A DNA stretch of 62,873 nt, the filler included, from Dirinaria sp. TL-2023a (Eukaryota), in the NCBI GenBank assembly GCA_051941275.1. It is 5 parts of 5 records of this genome, joined end to end, with 100 filler letters (N's around TTAATTAATTAA, not from the genome) between each part and the next. Parts side by side here need not be neighbours in the genome. Positions count along the whole stretch, not along the records: positions 12,606 to 25,107 come from JAVEBF010000763.1; positions 25,208 to 37,698 come from JAVEBF010000764.1; 3 more parts are not named here. The stretch is one strand, 5' to 3'. Shown here in pieces: positions 13,182 to 25,685 of this stretch. How positions within the stretch are numbered: the first letter of the stretch is position 1; the number at the start of each line of letters is the position of its first letter. The position numbers were made by a program, and so were the translations under genes. The notes beneath the pieces are model-generated. The model saw only the letters and a program-made list of their open reading frames with translations, searched no databases and had not been told where the DNA came from.

Positions 13182-15094
13182 GTCGAAACACGGAGGTGGG
13201 CTCCGAAAAATACAACCACCGCTAGAGATCGGAGCCGTCGTACGATGCTGAAAGGTCCGCTCTTGCTAACGTTCCTGCCGTAGGTTGGTGGCGTCATGCA
13301 AGTGATTGAACCATTCTACTATTGTTTTAAAAAAATTTAAAAAAGAAAAAAAGGAAGAAGAAAAAAAGAAAGAAAGATAAAGGAAAAAAAGGGGTTTCGA
13401 ATATTAGAATTAAACTTTCTCAGCATTAAATTTTCTTCGGAGGATATCCGCACGGGCGGTAGCAACAGTCAGCATTACCACGTGGCACACAGCGCCGAGC
13501 ATCGAGGCGCAGGCCCGCATAACTCTGAATCCTGAATGCAATTAATCCTTCAGCCTCCCTCCGCCAGCATCCTTCGTGCATCTGAAGATCTAAGTAGCCC
13601 TAGCGCTGACAAAAGATACCGCGTCTCTGGGCTCTACAACTGCGATCAAAAGCTTTTCGATCAAAACGTCCTTGGATGATCCAACGGTTGGAAATCAGTC
13701 TAGATCAGGCCGTGTACAGGGTTCAGGGGATCGCGGTGCTGCGCATGCTTCAATGCTCTAACACGCACGGCACGTCCATCACGTGCTGTGTCTCACCTAT
13801 CGCGTGCTATGACTCGAGCATGCCGCCTGCTTTTTGTATAAGATCTCTATGCCCGCGGACTTTTGCTTTCTCATAGGGTTAATGTGTTTCGGCTAAACCT
13901 TGGCTCGAAAGCCTTGGCAACAGAATGCCCCGAATACGGGCCACACAGGGATAGCACGGGTACTATTCCTTGGTAGGCTTACTGGCCTTAGTCGCTTCTT
14001 CGCGAATCCACGAATGAGCGAGATGGAGAGAACTTGATAAAACCTTATTAGAAGGCTTGAACCGCAGTCTGTTGCAACCCTCCACGAACAAAGTTTGCCG
14101 TGGTATCCCTGTGATAGCATCATCACCGAATCTCGGAGTCATTCGCTCCAAGACAGCTGTTCCTCAGTACACCCTCCAAAATGATACAACTCCGCTACCA
14201 GCACTAATCTTTGGACCATCAGATGCTGCTGAACCGTCTGCTAACTTAGCCACGTTTCCAACACCAACCCGGATCCGGACTAATGTCTGAAGGGGAAGAA
14301 AAGAATCCTGAGTGTTTTCAAGTAAATGATGTCACGAGAATCGAGAGGACTGTTCTGTAGCCTTCTGAGCAGCATCATTACAGCTATGAGCCCTGTTATC
14401 TAGTAGCGGGGAGTGATCGAAGGTGAAGACGCGAGTACATGGTCAGCGCGTTCTCAGCTCCTGGCTTTAAGGCCGTAAAACACCCATGGCCAGACACTAA
14501 ACAGCATTGGAGCCATCGGCAAGTCCCAGGCATCGTGAGTATTCAGTGACAAATCTCTACGAGGCAGGAAAATCTCGTAATTCAACCTATCAAGCTCATC
14601 CAATCGAAATGTTCTACTGCTACTCATGTGCCTTTCTAAGATTCAAACTATTTTGTCGCTTCTACCATTAGACCTACTCAAAAGCAGCATCAGCGGCTCT
14701 GATAGCTATTTGGAAGTCTCAGCTCTACTCTAGGGCTGGCTCGAGAAATTGAGGGAAGCCGTTGATGGCTCACTCCGATGATCGTAAGCTAAGCAAGAAA
14801 TTTCCAAAGCGGAAAGAGAATAACGTCCATCTGACTAAAATTTAGTTTTCATACACGGTTTTCATCAGATCCGCAATATCCGCATACTCTGCGATCTTCT
14901 AGTTTTCTTGTCATTCGTTCAGGTCCTTCAACAGATGTTGAAAGCCTGGGTGCGGTTGCCCTTGTTTTTCTTTCTTTTTTTCTTCTCTTTGCCGGCCTTC
15001 ATATCAGGGAGCGACTCGGGACTTCCTTTGCTTTTCTCCACTTCGTTCCTGCCACCAGAAGCCTTGGGGATCTATTTCTAGCTTCTGTGATACG

Positions 15095-15920
15095 CTAGAA
15101 GCTCGACTCTCGCATCTCTTCCCAAGTCCGGTTTTTGGTAATCGCCAGTTCTGCTCCGCGACCCCTGTCTATCATTTCCCACCCGGTAATTTCCATCTTT
15201 GGAGCGTGGTTTCTGCCATCAAGCTCAAAAATCTCGTTGGTCTCATTTCTTGTCGTCGAGCGTAATCTTTGCCTTTTCCTTCGCAGAAGGATGGTAGCAA
15301 AAACCGTGATGGAGATCGTAAGGGAGGTAACAGGAATCCCAGTCCCAATCCCAATAACAATTTTTATGTTCCTCGGCACCGAGTGACCAATATGAGCGGC
15401 AGCGTGCGTGGTGTAAAGCCACTGGTGAGGTATTAACGGCCTTTTATGAAGAAGTGTAATCGTTTGACACTGCGGTATCGTCAGGGAGAAGGACTCGACT
15501 TGATGAAGCCATGCAAGGCTTGCACCTACTGAGCACAGCATATGGTAGTAGTGCCATCTATGTTGGTCTTGATCCATCAATGCTGTCCCAGCCGTAGGAC
15601 AGACGCCAGGTGACCAGTAGGACTATCAGTAAGTTAACGTTGTCTTACCATGACTGATTGGATAGCAGGCTACGGCTCGCCCAGCTGAAACTTCGATAAT
15701 TACCTAACAGAAGCATTAGGGACTTTTTACCATCGGCCATTCCCACCCACAAGCAATTGTCATCCCATATGAATGTCTAAGAGTAAGAACTTGGCAAATA
15801 TAAAATCGTCGTTAAAGGTTTAGGTGGTAGGAGGCCCCCTGTAGTAGCTCCTGTGACACAGGCGGTGCTATAGGACGTTACCGCGGCGGTCGGTGACACG
15901 ATTACCGTGCCTATGAGCAT
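15095..15920 (-). pseudogene. Decayed single-pass membrane/cell-surface protein gene (Cys-rich ectodomain, TM, ELxG tail)
   Basis: Fragments in different frames: MLIGTVIV...KPLTTILYLPSSYS-stop, ACYP, YWSPGVCP, then TM IKIVIGIGTGIPVTSLTISITVFATILL-RRKRQR and FELDG; internal stop and frame changes. Confidence 0.5.
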
Positions 15921-18900
15921 TTCAAAAAGGCCGGAACAGAGCACAAAAGCATAGAGTAGCCAGTATGATTGATTTCGATATACGAGGGAAACCCCAATGC
16001 GATATCACAGTCTCTGCAAGGTTGAGTCGCGCCTGCCCCAGTCGAAGTATGTGGTCTGAAGTCCGCCAAAGCCTGTGAAAGCAGCATGCTGCTTCTTATC
16101 GACGGGGCATAGAAAAAGTTAAAAGGCGTCCGAGCATGCCCAAAGCATGAAACACTTCATAAGGATTTACAATTGTGCGAAAACATTGAAAACACTTTGA
16201 AATAACAGAGATCGGTTCATAGCAGAGCGACATCAGAGAATGAGCGTGTATCTGATGGCCTATCACTGATTGGCTCTTCTGCTGATCAATGGAGGATTTA
16301 ACGGTAAATGGATGAGTAATATGTGGGAATTCAAGACCAGCCGGATCAACTCAAGGAAGGATTCACAGTTGAATGTACGAATTTTGCCGTCATTCATGAC
16401 TACAAGTACACGTTGCCCTCATCTTTGATCACACTGAAGCATGCTGGAACATGTCACTTGTCGCTCGAGACTACTAGGCGCTAAGAGTTCAGGCGCAAGG
16501 CTATGAGCTCGCGGTATTCAGAAGAATTCACGTAACCCTCTAATTCAATGTAGTACTCGTACGTACGTGTTACGAGTGACAGAAGGCACAGAAATTTAAG
16601 GGCGTCGAATGCTTTTAAGAGAAGTTACCTATTCTTGATGAAATTGCCCAAAAGAACGACATTTTTCCACTAGACTGCAGTATTCAAAGACCGCGCGATA
16701 GAAGGAACGCCATCTCAACCCAGGCATCTCAGCACACCAAGCTTAATAAAGATTTTAGCTCGAAATCCTTTTAGACACACTGAACTCAAATGCATTAAGA
16801 TACTCTCGATGCTGTATCGAAGAAGCCGAGACGAAAGATACTACTTCTTGAAATAATTGCGTGTGGAGCGTGTACTGCGGGATGGTAATAATAATGAAGG
16901 CGTCTGTGCGGAAGAAAGGGGAAAGGGGAAATTTCAATCACGTGATCGCTATGTATTGGCGGCCAACGACAACCAATCGTTTGGCAGGGGTTGTAGAAAT
17001 TCTAAAATAAAGTAGTTCTGCGCATTTCCACGTCCTCGCAACAGTGGGTGCTGAATACTCTTTGACTGGCCCAAGGACTGCCGTACCTGCTTGTTGATTC
17101 ATGGTCAGGTAAACTCTTTCGATGCTCCTGCTGCGGCTGAGACGACGGACTCTAAACGGGTTGTCGAATCGACGATGGCCCTTTGGTGACGGGCCCAACC
17201 TCGTCATCTGGTCAAGTCATTGCCATCATGAAGTGCTGATATGCTTGGACTTGGCTTCCTGTCGGACCATGGGACAATGATATCGTATATCGTGGAAACG
17301 TTCCTTCTCAAGACGATACAGGCTTCTTGAGGATCAAGCCAATAAGAAAAAGCGTGCTGTCGAGAGCAAGCTCAACCCGAAAGTACGTACTTGTTCTCCT
17401 ACTTACCTCTAAGCGGTATTTGACACACTACCATCTTGTATATTTATGGTTGGAGATCTCGCTCATGCTTTTGTCTGACAGTGCTTTCATCGTGGCAAGA
17501 ACCTCGTGTGGTTGCGTCTTGGCATTGTATGTGTATTACTGTGCACCTCCCGTCCATAGTAACCCTTTTCCCTTTATATTTTTCATCATTTATTCTGCAG
17601 AATCTCCGATAAGCCGAGCATAAGAAACGCTTTTTGGTTCAATTCCTATGAGCAGGATCATGGGTGCTAATAAATGGTGCATATATGCACGTTCGGGGCG
17701 TTGCCGGGTCCGAGGCGTCCGAAGGGATTCCCTGTTCGGGGCATAACGTGTTACACCGACCAATTAATTCCCAGCTAAAAGCTACCTAGCAGCGGCTATA
17801 GCTAATCACAGAACGGACTCCTATTCCTGACGAGCTATCATGATGGCTCTAAAAGCCTCTAGATGGCAGAAGGGGAGCGGCCCTTTAGGTGTTGATATAC
17901 AGGAGTGCCCGATTTATAGTCCCACGTCAACGCACTCAGTCTTGGCTTCCCCGAAAAGCAAAAAGCTAGACTGCGGCTTTGAGAGTTGAGAGGGCAAAGT
18001 AGCAGCATATTCCCGGTGGCTACGACCATCCAAACCGAGTCCGAACTAAAAATGGTGCTTGGCACCATGACGTTACGAAAAGAAGGCATCTGCCTACTTT
18101 ACCAACGCATATACGCCTCGTCTAATCTTTCTCTTCACTTCGACGCCTGAGCCGGGAACCGAATCAGGCATTTGTTGTATCTAACGCCCCTAGCAGGTAC
18201 GGAAAACTAGCCGGCGTTGCACAACCTGAAAGGTTACCCCACCATGCTAGTCCTGCTTCAGAAGCATACTGAGGCACGAGAAGATCGACTGTGCTTCTGG
18301 TTTAAAGCAGCGGCCCCTCCTAGCACCTCAACCAGCTAAAAGGGCAGGACCGGGCCGTTCATGATGAGCACGAGATTCAAACAACACTGGTTCAGACTAA
18401 AAGGCGTTCACCCACACAAGAGAGACGGTCTCAGGCTCGGGCTTGCTGGAGGGCTCTGCAAGCATTGTAGATCGAACAACACTGATATGTGGTACCTGCA
18501 TCCGCCTCCTGCAAGCAAATCCTATACTTGGTTGTTTCATCCTTCGAGATCGTGAGATGTGCATGTGTTTAGCAGCCGACCATTTCGAGACTGGATCTGT
18601 CAAATCACGAAGTACGATCTATCCCCTTCGGTTCCGGCAGTTGGAGCGAGATGCTTCGGCCGCCCACACACCGGCTAGAAAGGGTAAATATGATTCCATT
18701 TGTCGAAAATATCAGCCTTTCTATTCGGCTGAGTTCGAAAGTACCGAGGGACACGATTCTTATTTGAGCCAGCTCGCACCGCACGTACACGTACACGACC
18801 ATTAACTCTATTCCCTAAACATCCCTTACAACATACCAATCAGCATTTCGAAACACGACTCTCAATCTTCGTGTTCCAATACCAAAACCCTACATGAAGA

Positions 18901-19810
18901 CTGCGATCTTTATGCTCGCATGTCTGATAGAGTAAGCACTTTACCTCAGGTTATCTCATACTGTACCAGAGTCCTATACTTCCACCCCCATCCTGACCTC
19001 ACAACCACAACAACAATCCCGTACTCCCAAAAAACAAGAACAAAAAAACAAAAACAAAATAGCGCAGCAATCAATATCATACCACAACCAAAACCCTATC
19101 CCCAACTCTCCAACTCCTCAAAATCATCCCAACCACACACAATAAGCCAGCATCTCATCAATCCATCAATCCATCACTCGCGTCAATCAATCAATCAAAA
19201 AACCCATATTCTCACCCCCACCAAAAAAACTAAAAAAAAAAAAAAAAAACATAACCGTCCTTCATCTCTCCTCCCTTCTCCGCATAAATCTCTCGAAAAT
19301 ATGTCTAAGGCGAAAGGTTTTATCTACAAAAAAAACTAGGTGGGTGGGTGGGCTTTCGTACACGTACGTCAATTTTGCCCGGAGATGTGTGTGTGTGGGT
19401 CCATCTCGGTTACCGAGACTCAGGCATGGGTAATACTCCGGTCCCCGAATGATTGATTACCTATTGAATCGAGGGAAAAACCGACTTCTGTTTCTGCTTT
19501 TTGTTTTTTTTTTTTGTTGGAGTGAGAGAGAAGAGAAAACCAAAAAGAAGAGGGAGTCAATCACGATGAGATTCCTATTTCAGGAAATACCATGAGTCGG
19601 ATTCTCTCTGTCTGTCTATATTGTGTCCGTCTCTCTATCCTACAGACATTTGATGCAATCTATTCTGGTTCCCTCGCTGCTTCTATTTATTTTAGGTACC
19701 GGGAACCGGGCCAAACCAGGTATTGGACTTCTTTCCCATACCGGTGAGATCATATTCATTCCCCCACATGATGCTCTTCTCTTCCCCAGATCAAGTTGAG
19801 AGGTGGTCGC

Positions 19811-22111
19811 TTAGACAGACATCTCCCTTGCCTCTTCTGCTTTCTCGGTCTGGATCCTCTCCTCCGTTCTCATCGCGCGGACCAACGGCGGCATGTGCGT
19901 GATGTCGGTCGGAGACGCCGTGCGCGTGTGAGAATCGGTGCTTGTCCTCAGGCGCGCTGCCGTGGCTGAGTCTCTGTCCTCCTGGTCCTTCTCTACACTT
20001 ACCCCTTCGGCCTCCTCGGCTTCTGGCATTTCCTTCTCGCTCGAACTGATTTGACGTTCGCTTCCTTCCGTTGTGGTAGCCTGCTCGCTGTCGGGATTCT
20101 TCGGCGGAAGGTCCGTTTTCACACTGCGCCACTCCATGCCGACGGCGCCCAAGATGGTGATGCAGGCCATAATTAGGGCGACGCGGAAGCAGACGCGCAG
20201 CGAGTCGTTGTATGCCTGCAGGGCCATGGCATGGTCATTGGGGGGGATGAAGTCGAGGAGCGTGGTAGCACCTGTGTTTGAGATCAAATGGCCAGTGATG
20301 CCCGGGATGCTGGCGAGGCGCTTGGCCAGCTGGTTGTCAAGCAAGTTCTGGCCGACCGAGATGAACACGGAGCCCAAGAGCAGCTGACCGAAGAACATGA
20401 GTGATGCGCCGATGGAGACGTCCTCCCGCGTGAGCACCGTCTGCGCGGCCATGTTGGGTGCCTGGAAGCACAGGCCCATGCCGAAGCCGTACATGATCTG
20501 GTACCCGATCCACTTGCCTTCCGAGGTGTTGACCTCGAGGGCGTTGAGCAAGCCCGCGCCGATCGCTGTGATGCAGACGCCGACGATCATAAAGGGCGTG
20601 TAATAGCCGATACGGGAAACTAGTATGCCCGTAATAATGGATGCTACAACGACTGGTAGGACCATGGGGAGAAGGTGGATGCCGCTCTTGACGGCCGAGT
20701 CGCCTTTAATGGCCTGGAACCAGACGGGAAGGAAATATACTGGCGTCACAACATCAGCACGCGACAAGTATATTTGGCGATCAAACTATATCAGACTTAC
20801 TAAACACCATCTGATGCGCACCGATGCATGAGCTCACCCAGAAGCCGGAGGCGATGCTGCGCTGCATAAAGATGCGCGGTGGTATCGTGGCTTCATCCGG
20901 CTTCCAGACCTGGACCAAGACAAACGCGATCAAGAGCACAAAGGTGAGTACAAGCAACGCGACAATGCGTCCCTCGCTCCACTAGACGCAGTCAGCTCTA
21001 CCGGCGCGAGGCAGCAAAGAGAAATGCTGTGGGAGGAAAGCTGGACTCAAAACTCACGGCATACGTGACGCCACCCCATTGTAGGGCCAGGCACAGGCAG
21101 ACGACTCCGGGGACGAGAAAAAGCAGACCAATTGAGTTGAGCTGCCGCAGCTTCTCTTTGATAGCAATCTTGGTGTTTTCACGGTCGGGGATATGGAGAA
21201 ACAAGAAAACCAGCACCATGACCGCGCCTCCTAAGGGAAGGTTGATATAAAAGCACCATCTCCAGGAGACGTTAGTGGTGAAGGCACCACCGACTAATGG
21301 GCTATATTGAAGTTCGGAATCAGCATTACTGGAAGGGGAAACGAAGATCCGGCATCGCTTACCCCAGTATCGAAGAGATGCCAAATACGGCACCAAAGGC
21401 ACCCTGGTACTTTGGCCGTTTATGCAGCGGAGCAGCGTAGACAATGATGACAATCTAAGGTACTAAGTGTCAGTAAATCATTGGACAAAAAGGGAAAAAA
21501 ACAAAAAAACAAAAACAAAAGGAAATGGCTAGGTATAATGAATAATAAAATAGTAGGGTTTGAAAAGGGAGAAAGTTTCGAAAGAAGAGTAAGAATTGCA
21601 CGAAAAACACAACAAAATCAAAAAAACTCACGATGCCAGCATTTATGCCTCCGGAACCCACACCGGCAATGGCTCTGCCAAGGATAAAAGCGAGCGAACT
21701 CGGGGCCGCCCCGCAGATGGTTGAGCCGATCTCGAAGAAAAGGATGGATATCAGAAAGGTGGCTTTGATGTCGAAGAAAGCGTACACCTTCCCAAACAAC
21801 AGCTGAAAGGCGCAGTTGGTGAGCAGGTACGCAGTACCATACCAGCCAATATCATCCCCCGAATTGAACTCGCTGGTGATCTGGGGAATTGCGGTCGAGA
21901 TGATGAGACGGTCCTGCGAGCGAACCCTGGTCAGTTTGTAGCTCAGGCTCCTGGACGAGCCTGCTACTTTAGGGACTGGAATGGAGGTGATGCGCTAACG
22001 CACCAGGGCGACCAGGAACATGCCAACGAAGATGGACATCATCAGGAGAAAGAGCCTGAGACCCGTTGGGTATGCGATGCCGGTTTGATCCATGGCCACA
22101 GGACCCGCCAT
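19811..22111 (-). CDS. MFS drug/toxin efflux pump (14-TM DHA2, AflT/GliA-like)
   Basis: Start [93 protein letters not shown]; multiple GT-AG introns. Confidence 0.93.
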
Positions 22112-23003
22112 TGCTTTCGTTTGAGCTTTTTCTTTTTTTAACTTGGGCACGTATATGAGGAGGGAGGCTTCGACTAGGAAGCAGATATTGACAAGATGCG
22201 AGGGTTCCGCGAAGTTTTTATTGCAGTCAGCAAAGTCCCAAGAGATGCGTCTTGGCCAAAATCCAAGAAAGCAAAAGCACTGCAGGTCTGACAGGGATTG
22301 CAGAAAAAGCTATGGGGAGAGAATACAGCGACAGAGCGAATATACGTTCCCTATCACGGAGGGAGGGTCACAAGAAGCCTTGATGCGGCGGTGGACGACA
22401 GCAAAGTCTCTTGCTCGAACAACTCCAGCGAAACATATTGACGCCAGCGTACATCATCCTTAGGCATTGAAGCTTGAGACGGGCCCGGGACCATTCGCTG
22501 AGACCGACGTCCGAAACCCGACAGGATTGACAGTGCAGAAGGAGGCGTGCAAAGCGCTGTCCTAAGGTACCGTAGGCTCCTAGTCCTAGCGGACTCAATA
22601 TCACAGCGTAACTGGAAGCGGCAGCGGAGGAAAAATGGAACCAATCGGGGGGAATGAGCCCGAGGCTCGGGAGGAAGCGATGCGGCTTCGGGCGAGTCAC
22701 TACTGCAGTCCGGAGAGTAATCTGAACCGAGAGGTGAAGCTTAGCCGGATCGGTCTTGGCAGATCGACCGCTTGGCATTTGATTGGTAGAAGCCTGTCCT
22801 ATTTTGATGGACGGCGGCGATCATTCATCAATGCTCTGTCCTCGCAGTAATGACTATGGGAAGGTTGAATTTAGGAGAGGGATGATTTGTTCGAGAGCCG
22901 CGCTCGCTAAAGGTTTGCGGTCCGAATCATGGATTCCAACGCGAGAATACAGGGCCCAAACCTATCCAGCAGTCAAATGTCGCTCGTGCTAGTGCTCATT
23001 TGT

Positions 23004-23017
23004 CCCGACAAATCGGG
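23004..23017. promoter_or_regulatory. Palindromic CCCGA-N4-TCGGG, candidate Zn2Cys6 binding site in MFS/P450 divergent promoter
   Basis: cccgacaaatcggg about 120 bp upstream of the P450 ATG; contains everted CCG/CGG triplets. Confidence 0.35.
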
Positions 23018-23134
23018 CAATAAGTACAAGTGCAAGAATGGTGAGGCACGAACTCATGGGTATATGAGGCATTCATTCGAACTCATTCCATCCCATCGAT
23101 AAGCAAGAGCGTTTGGAGATCCAACGTCGAAAAC

Positions 23135-24951
23135 ATGGACTTCGCTACGAACATGACTTCGAACAGCCCTCTGCCCAGCATGGACACGGGTTATGCTTTT
23201 GATTTTCAGTCGCCAATGGCACTCGGCCTAGGTGGTTTCATGGCCGCTGTTCTCAGCATCCTGGCCATGATGTCCCATACTCCTAAGGTCGATAAGAAAG
23301 CACCACCTTTCACGGATGACGTAACCCCCTTCGTCGGCTCCTGGAACTTCTTCACCTCCAAGATGTGAGCCGTGCCTTCTCTTCCACTATTAACCCCGAG
23401 CCTCTTGGCGCTAACAACAAGGTCTAGGGGCTTCTGGAGGGCGGCGGCGAAGAAGTCCAAAACCGGAAACTTCAGTTTCTGGCTTGGCCAGAATCACATC
23501 GTCGGTGTGTCGGGCGAGGCTACTCGCAAGATGATGCTCGAAAGCCGCAGCATGGATCTGATCAAAGGTATTCCCCTCGTGGGACACGGACCAGACTTCA
23601 TCGATGGGGTATATACGAACATTCACGATGTGTGGAAGCCTGCTTTCAAAAATGACCGTACCTATGTTCAGCGCCGCCTGCTCGACCTGCTGAAATCGGA
23701 GCAACTCAACAAGCGTCTTCCTGCCGTTACTAGGGACGCTCGCGTGGCTATGGAGACGATGGCCAAGGACCCAGCTGGCTTCACGAACCCGGCCAGAACC
23801 TGCTTTCGCCTCGCTGTAACGCAAAGTGCGCGTGTTGTGTTCAGTGATGAGGTCTCGGATGACCCCAAACTGCTGGAGAGCCTGCTCGGCTACATGCCTA
23901 TCCTCCAGGGCACCAACACTATGTACCTTCTCGCCCTCCCTTGGTTGTGTTATTTCAGCCCCGGATACTGGAAGCGTCACTATGCACGTTATGGTATCTA
24001 CAGGATCGTGACTTCTATCCTCGACAGGCGGATGAAGAAGGGCGCTCCGCGCGGGGACGACGCTTTGCAAACCCTGATCGACAACGGCGATAGCAGGGGC
24101 CACATTATCAACTACGGTATCGGCATGCTGTTCATCTCAGGCGCCAACGCCGGTATTCTGACCGGCGCCATGCTGAACATCGTGGCCCATCACGCGGACT
24201 GGCAGGAGAAGATCTACAACGAGATCAAAACTATGGCTGCAAACTACTCCCAGAACAAGAACGCGCCCCTGGTCGATCAGCTCGACTCGATCCCGCTCCA
24301 GGCGTGGGAGTCGTCGTTCCCCTCAATCGAACTCTGCTACAACGAGGCCATCCGCATGTGGGTCGCCTTCCCCTTGCCCCGCTTCAATCACAGCGAAAGC
24401 TCCATCCCTATCCCTGGAACCGACGAGGTGATTCCATCGGGCAGCTTCGCCGTCTATAACACGGTCGATGTGCACTACAACGACAAGCTGTACCCGGACC
24501 CCATGAAGTGGGACCCTGAGCGCTTCCGTGAGGGCCGTGAAGAATTCAAGAGAGAAGGTTATGGCTGTGAGTATTTTCAATCTCATCCCTCCTACTTTCC
24601 TTCCTACACCTTTTTGTAGGACAGCAGTGTCGGTGACACTTTTCCAACAATTTCCCGCCCTGTTTTCCTTTCAACTTCTACCCCATCAGCAGCACTTACT
24701 GACTCGTCTTTCTTCTCAAAGTTATGGGCTGGGGCGGAGGACGCCATCCCTGCGTCGGCATGCGCTGGGCCAAACTGCAGCAGATCATCCAACTCGGCTA
24801 CGCCCTCGCCATGTTCAAGTGGAGCGGCTGCGACGCCAACGGCGACCCCTTGAAGGCCAACTTCAAGCAACCGACCACCGCGTTGAACGAGCTTGCCCCG
24901 AGTCTGCCGACGGGCAACTTCTGCAAGTATGTTCCCCGGGAGGAATCGTAA
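23135..24951 (+). CDS. Cytochrome P450 (3 exons)
   Basis: N-terminal TM anchor; introns 23365-23427 and about 24567-24721; ExxR (EAIR), WDPERF, heme motif GWGGGRHPCVG. Confidence 0.93.
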
Positions 24952-25107
24952 ATGGCGTGAACCGTATGGGGGATGGATGGGAATGGGTGTGCGAAGGTGG
25001 TAGAAAGAGTTTTTTCGTATACAAAACCTTAGTTGCGAGGGGCTGTACTGGCCTATACGTGTTTGCTTTTGGATGGTGTGCAAAGATCCTGAGGTATGGA
25101 AGTGGGA

Positions 25108-25207
25108 NNNNNNNNNNNNNNNNNNNNNNNNNNNNNNNNNNNNNNNNNNNNTTAATTAATTAANNNNNNNNNNNNNNNNNNNNNNNNNNNNNNNNNNNNN
25201 NNNNNNN
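25108..25207. other. Artificial contig linker
   Basis: Same N44-TTAATTAATTAA-N44 as at 12506. Confidence 0.99.
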
Positions 25208-25685
25208 TGTCTTTTTTTTTTTTTTTTTTTTTTTTTTTCTTCTTTCTTCATTTGGTTAGAGATAAGGTAAGATTACCAGATCCAACTTTTGAAAATAAAA
25301 ATAAAAATTAAAAAAGGGCAGATTATAGGATTTTGGAAAAGGGGGGAAAGCTTTGTGTGTGTAATAATCGATCATGTATATCTGCGCACTTTCTATTTCT
25401 TTTTGGGGGGGGGAATTGGGGGGGGAAAAAAACCCTCCATTCCTCTTCTGTCCATCTGCGCTTTTCTATTTTCTTTGACCGCATGCCACGCCTATGAAAC
25501 GCGCGAGGAAAGGGATAAAATTCTATGCAGGTGTAAACCGCCCTACTTTTCACCAAATTGCCTCCTTTCTCAGAATTGCGGATCGCTGTGTCAGGTACGG
25601 TCTTTGGGAGTTCCCACGGGCTGGACACGTAATGCCGTAACGTATTCTCCATGCTCAACATCGTTTCCGCCGCCGGACGAATTCA

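Noticed and set aside
18920..19339. 139-aa Lys/Gln-rich ORF
   Set aside because: Arises from A/C low-complexity and poly-A tracts downstream of the MFS gene.
21540..21585. Resemblance of an MFS intron to 25320-25353
   Set aside because: Both are purine-rich low-complexity tracts; similarity is short and on different contigs.
19811..24951. Assignment of the MFS/P450 pair to a named cluster (e.g. atranorin or statin)
   Set aside because: No backbone gene in view and the P450 is not recognisably one of those enzymes.
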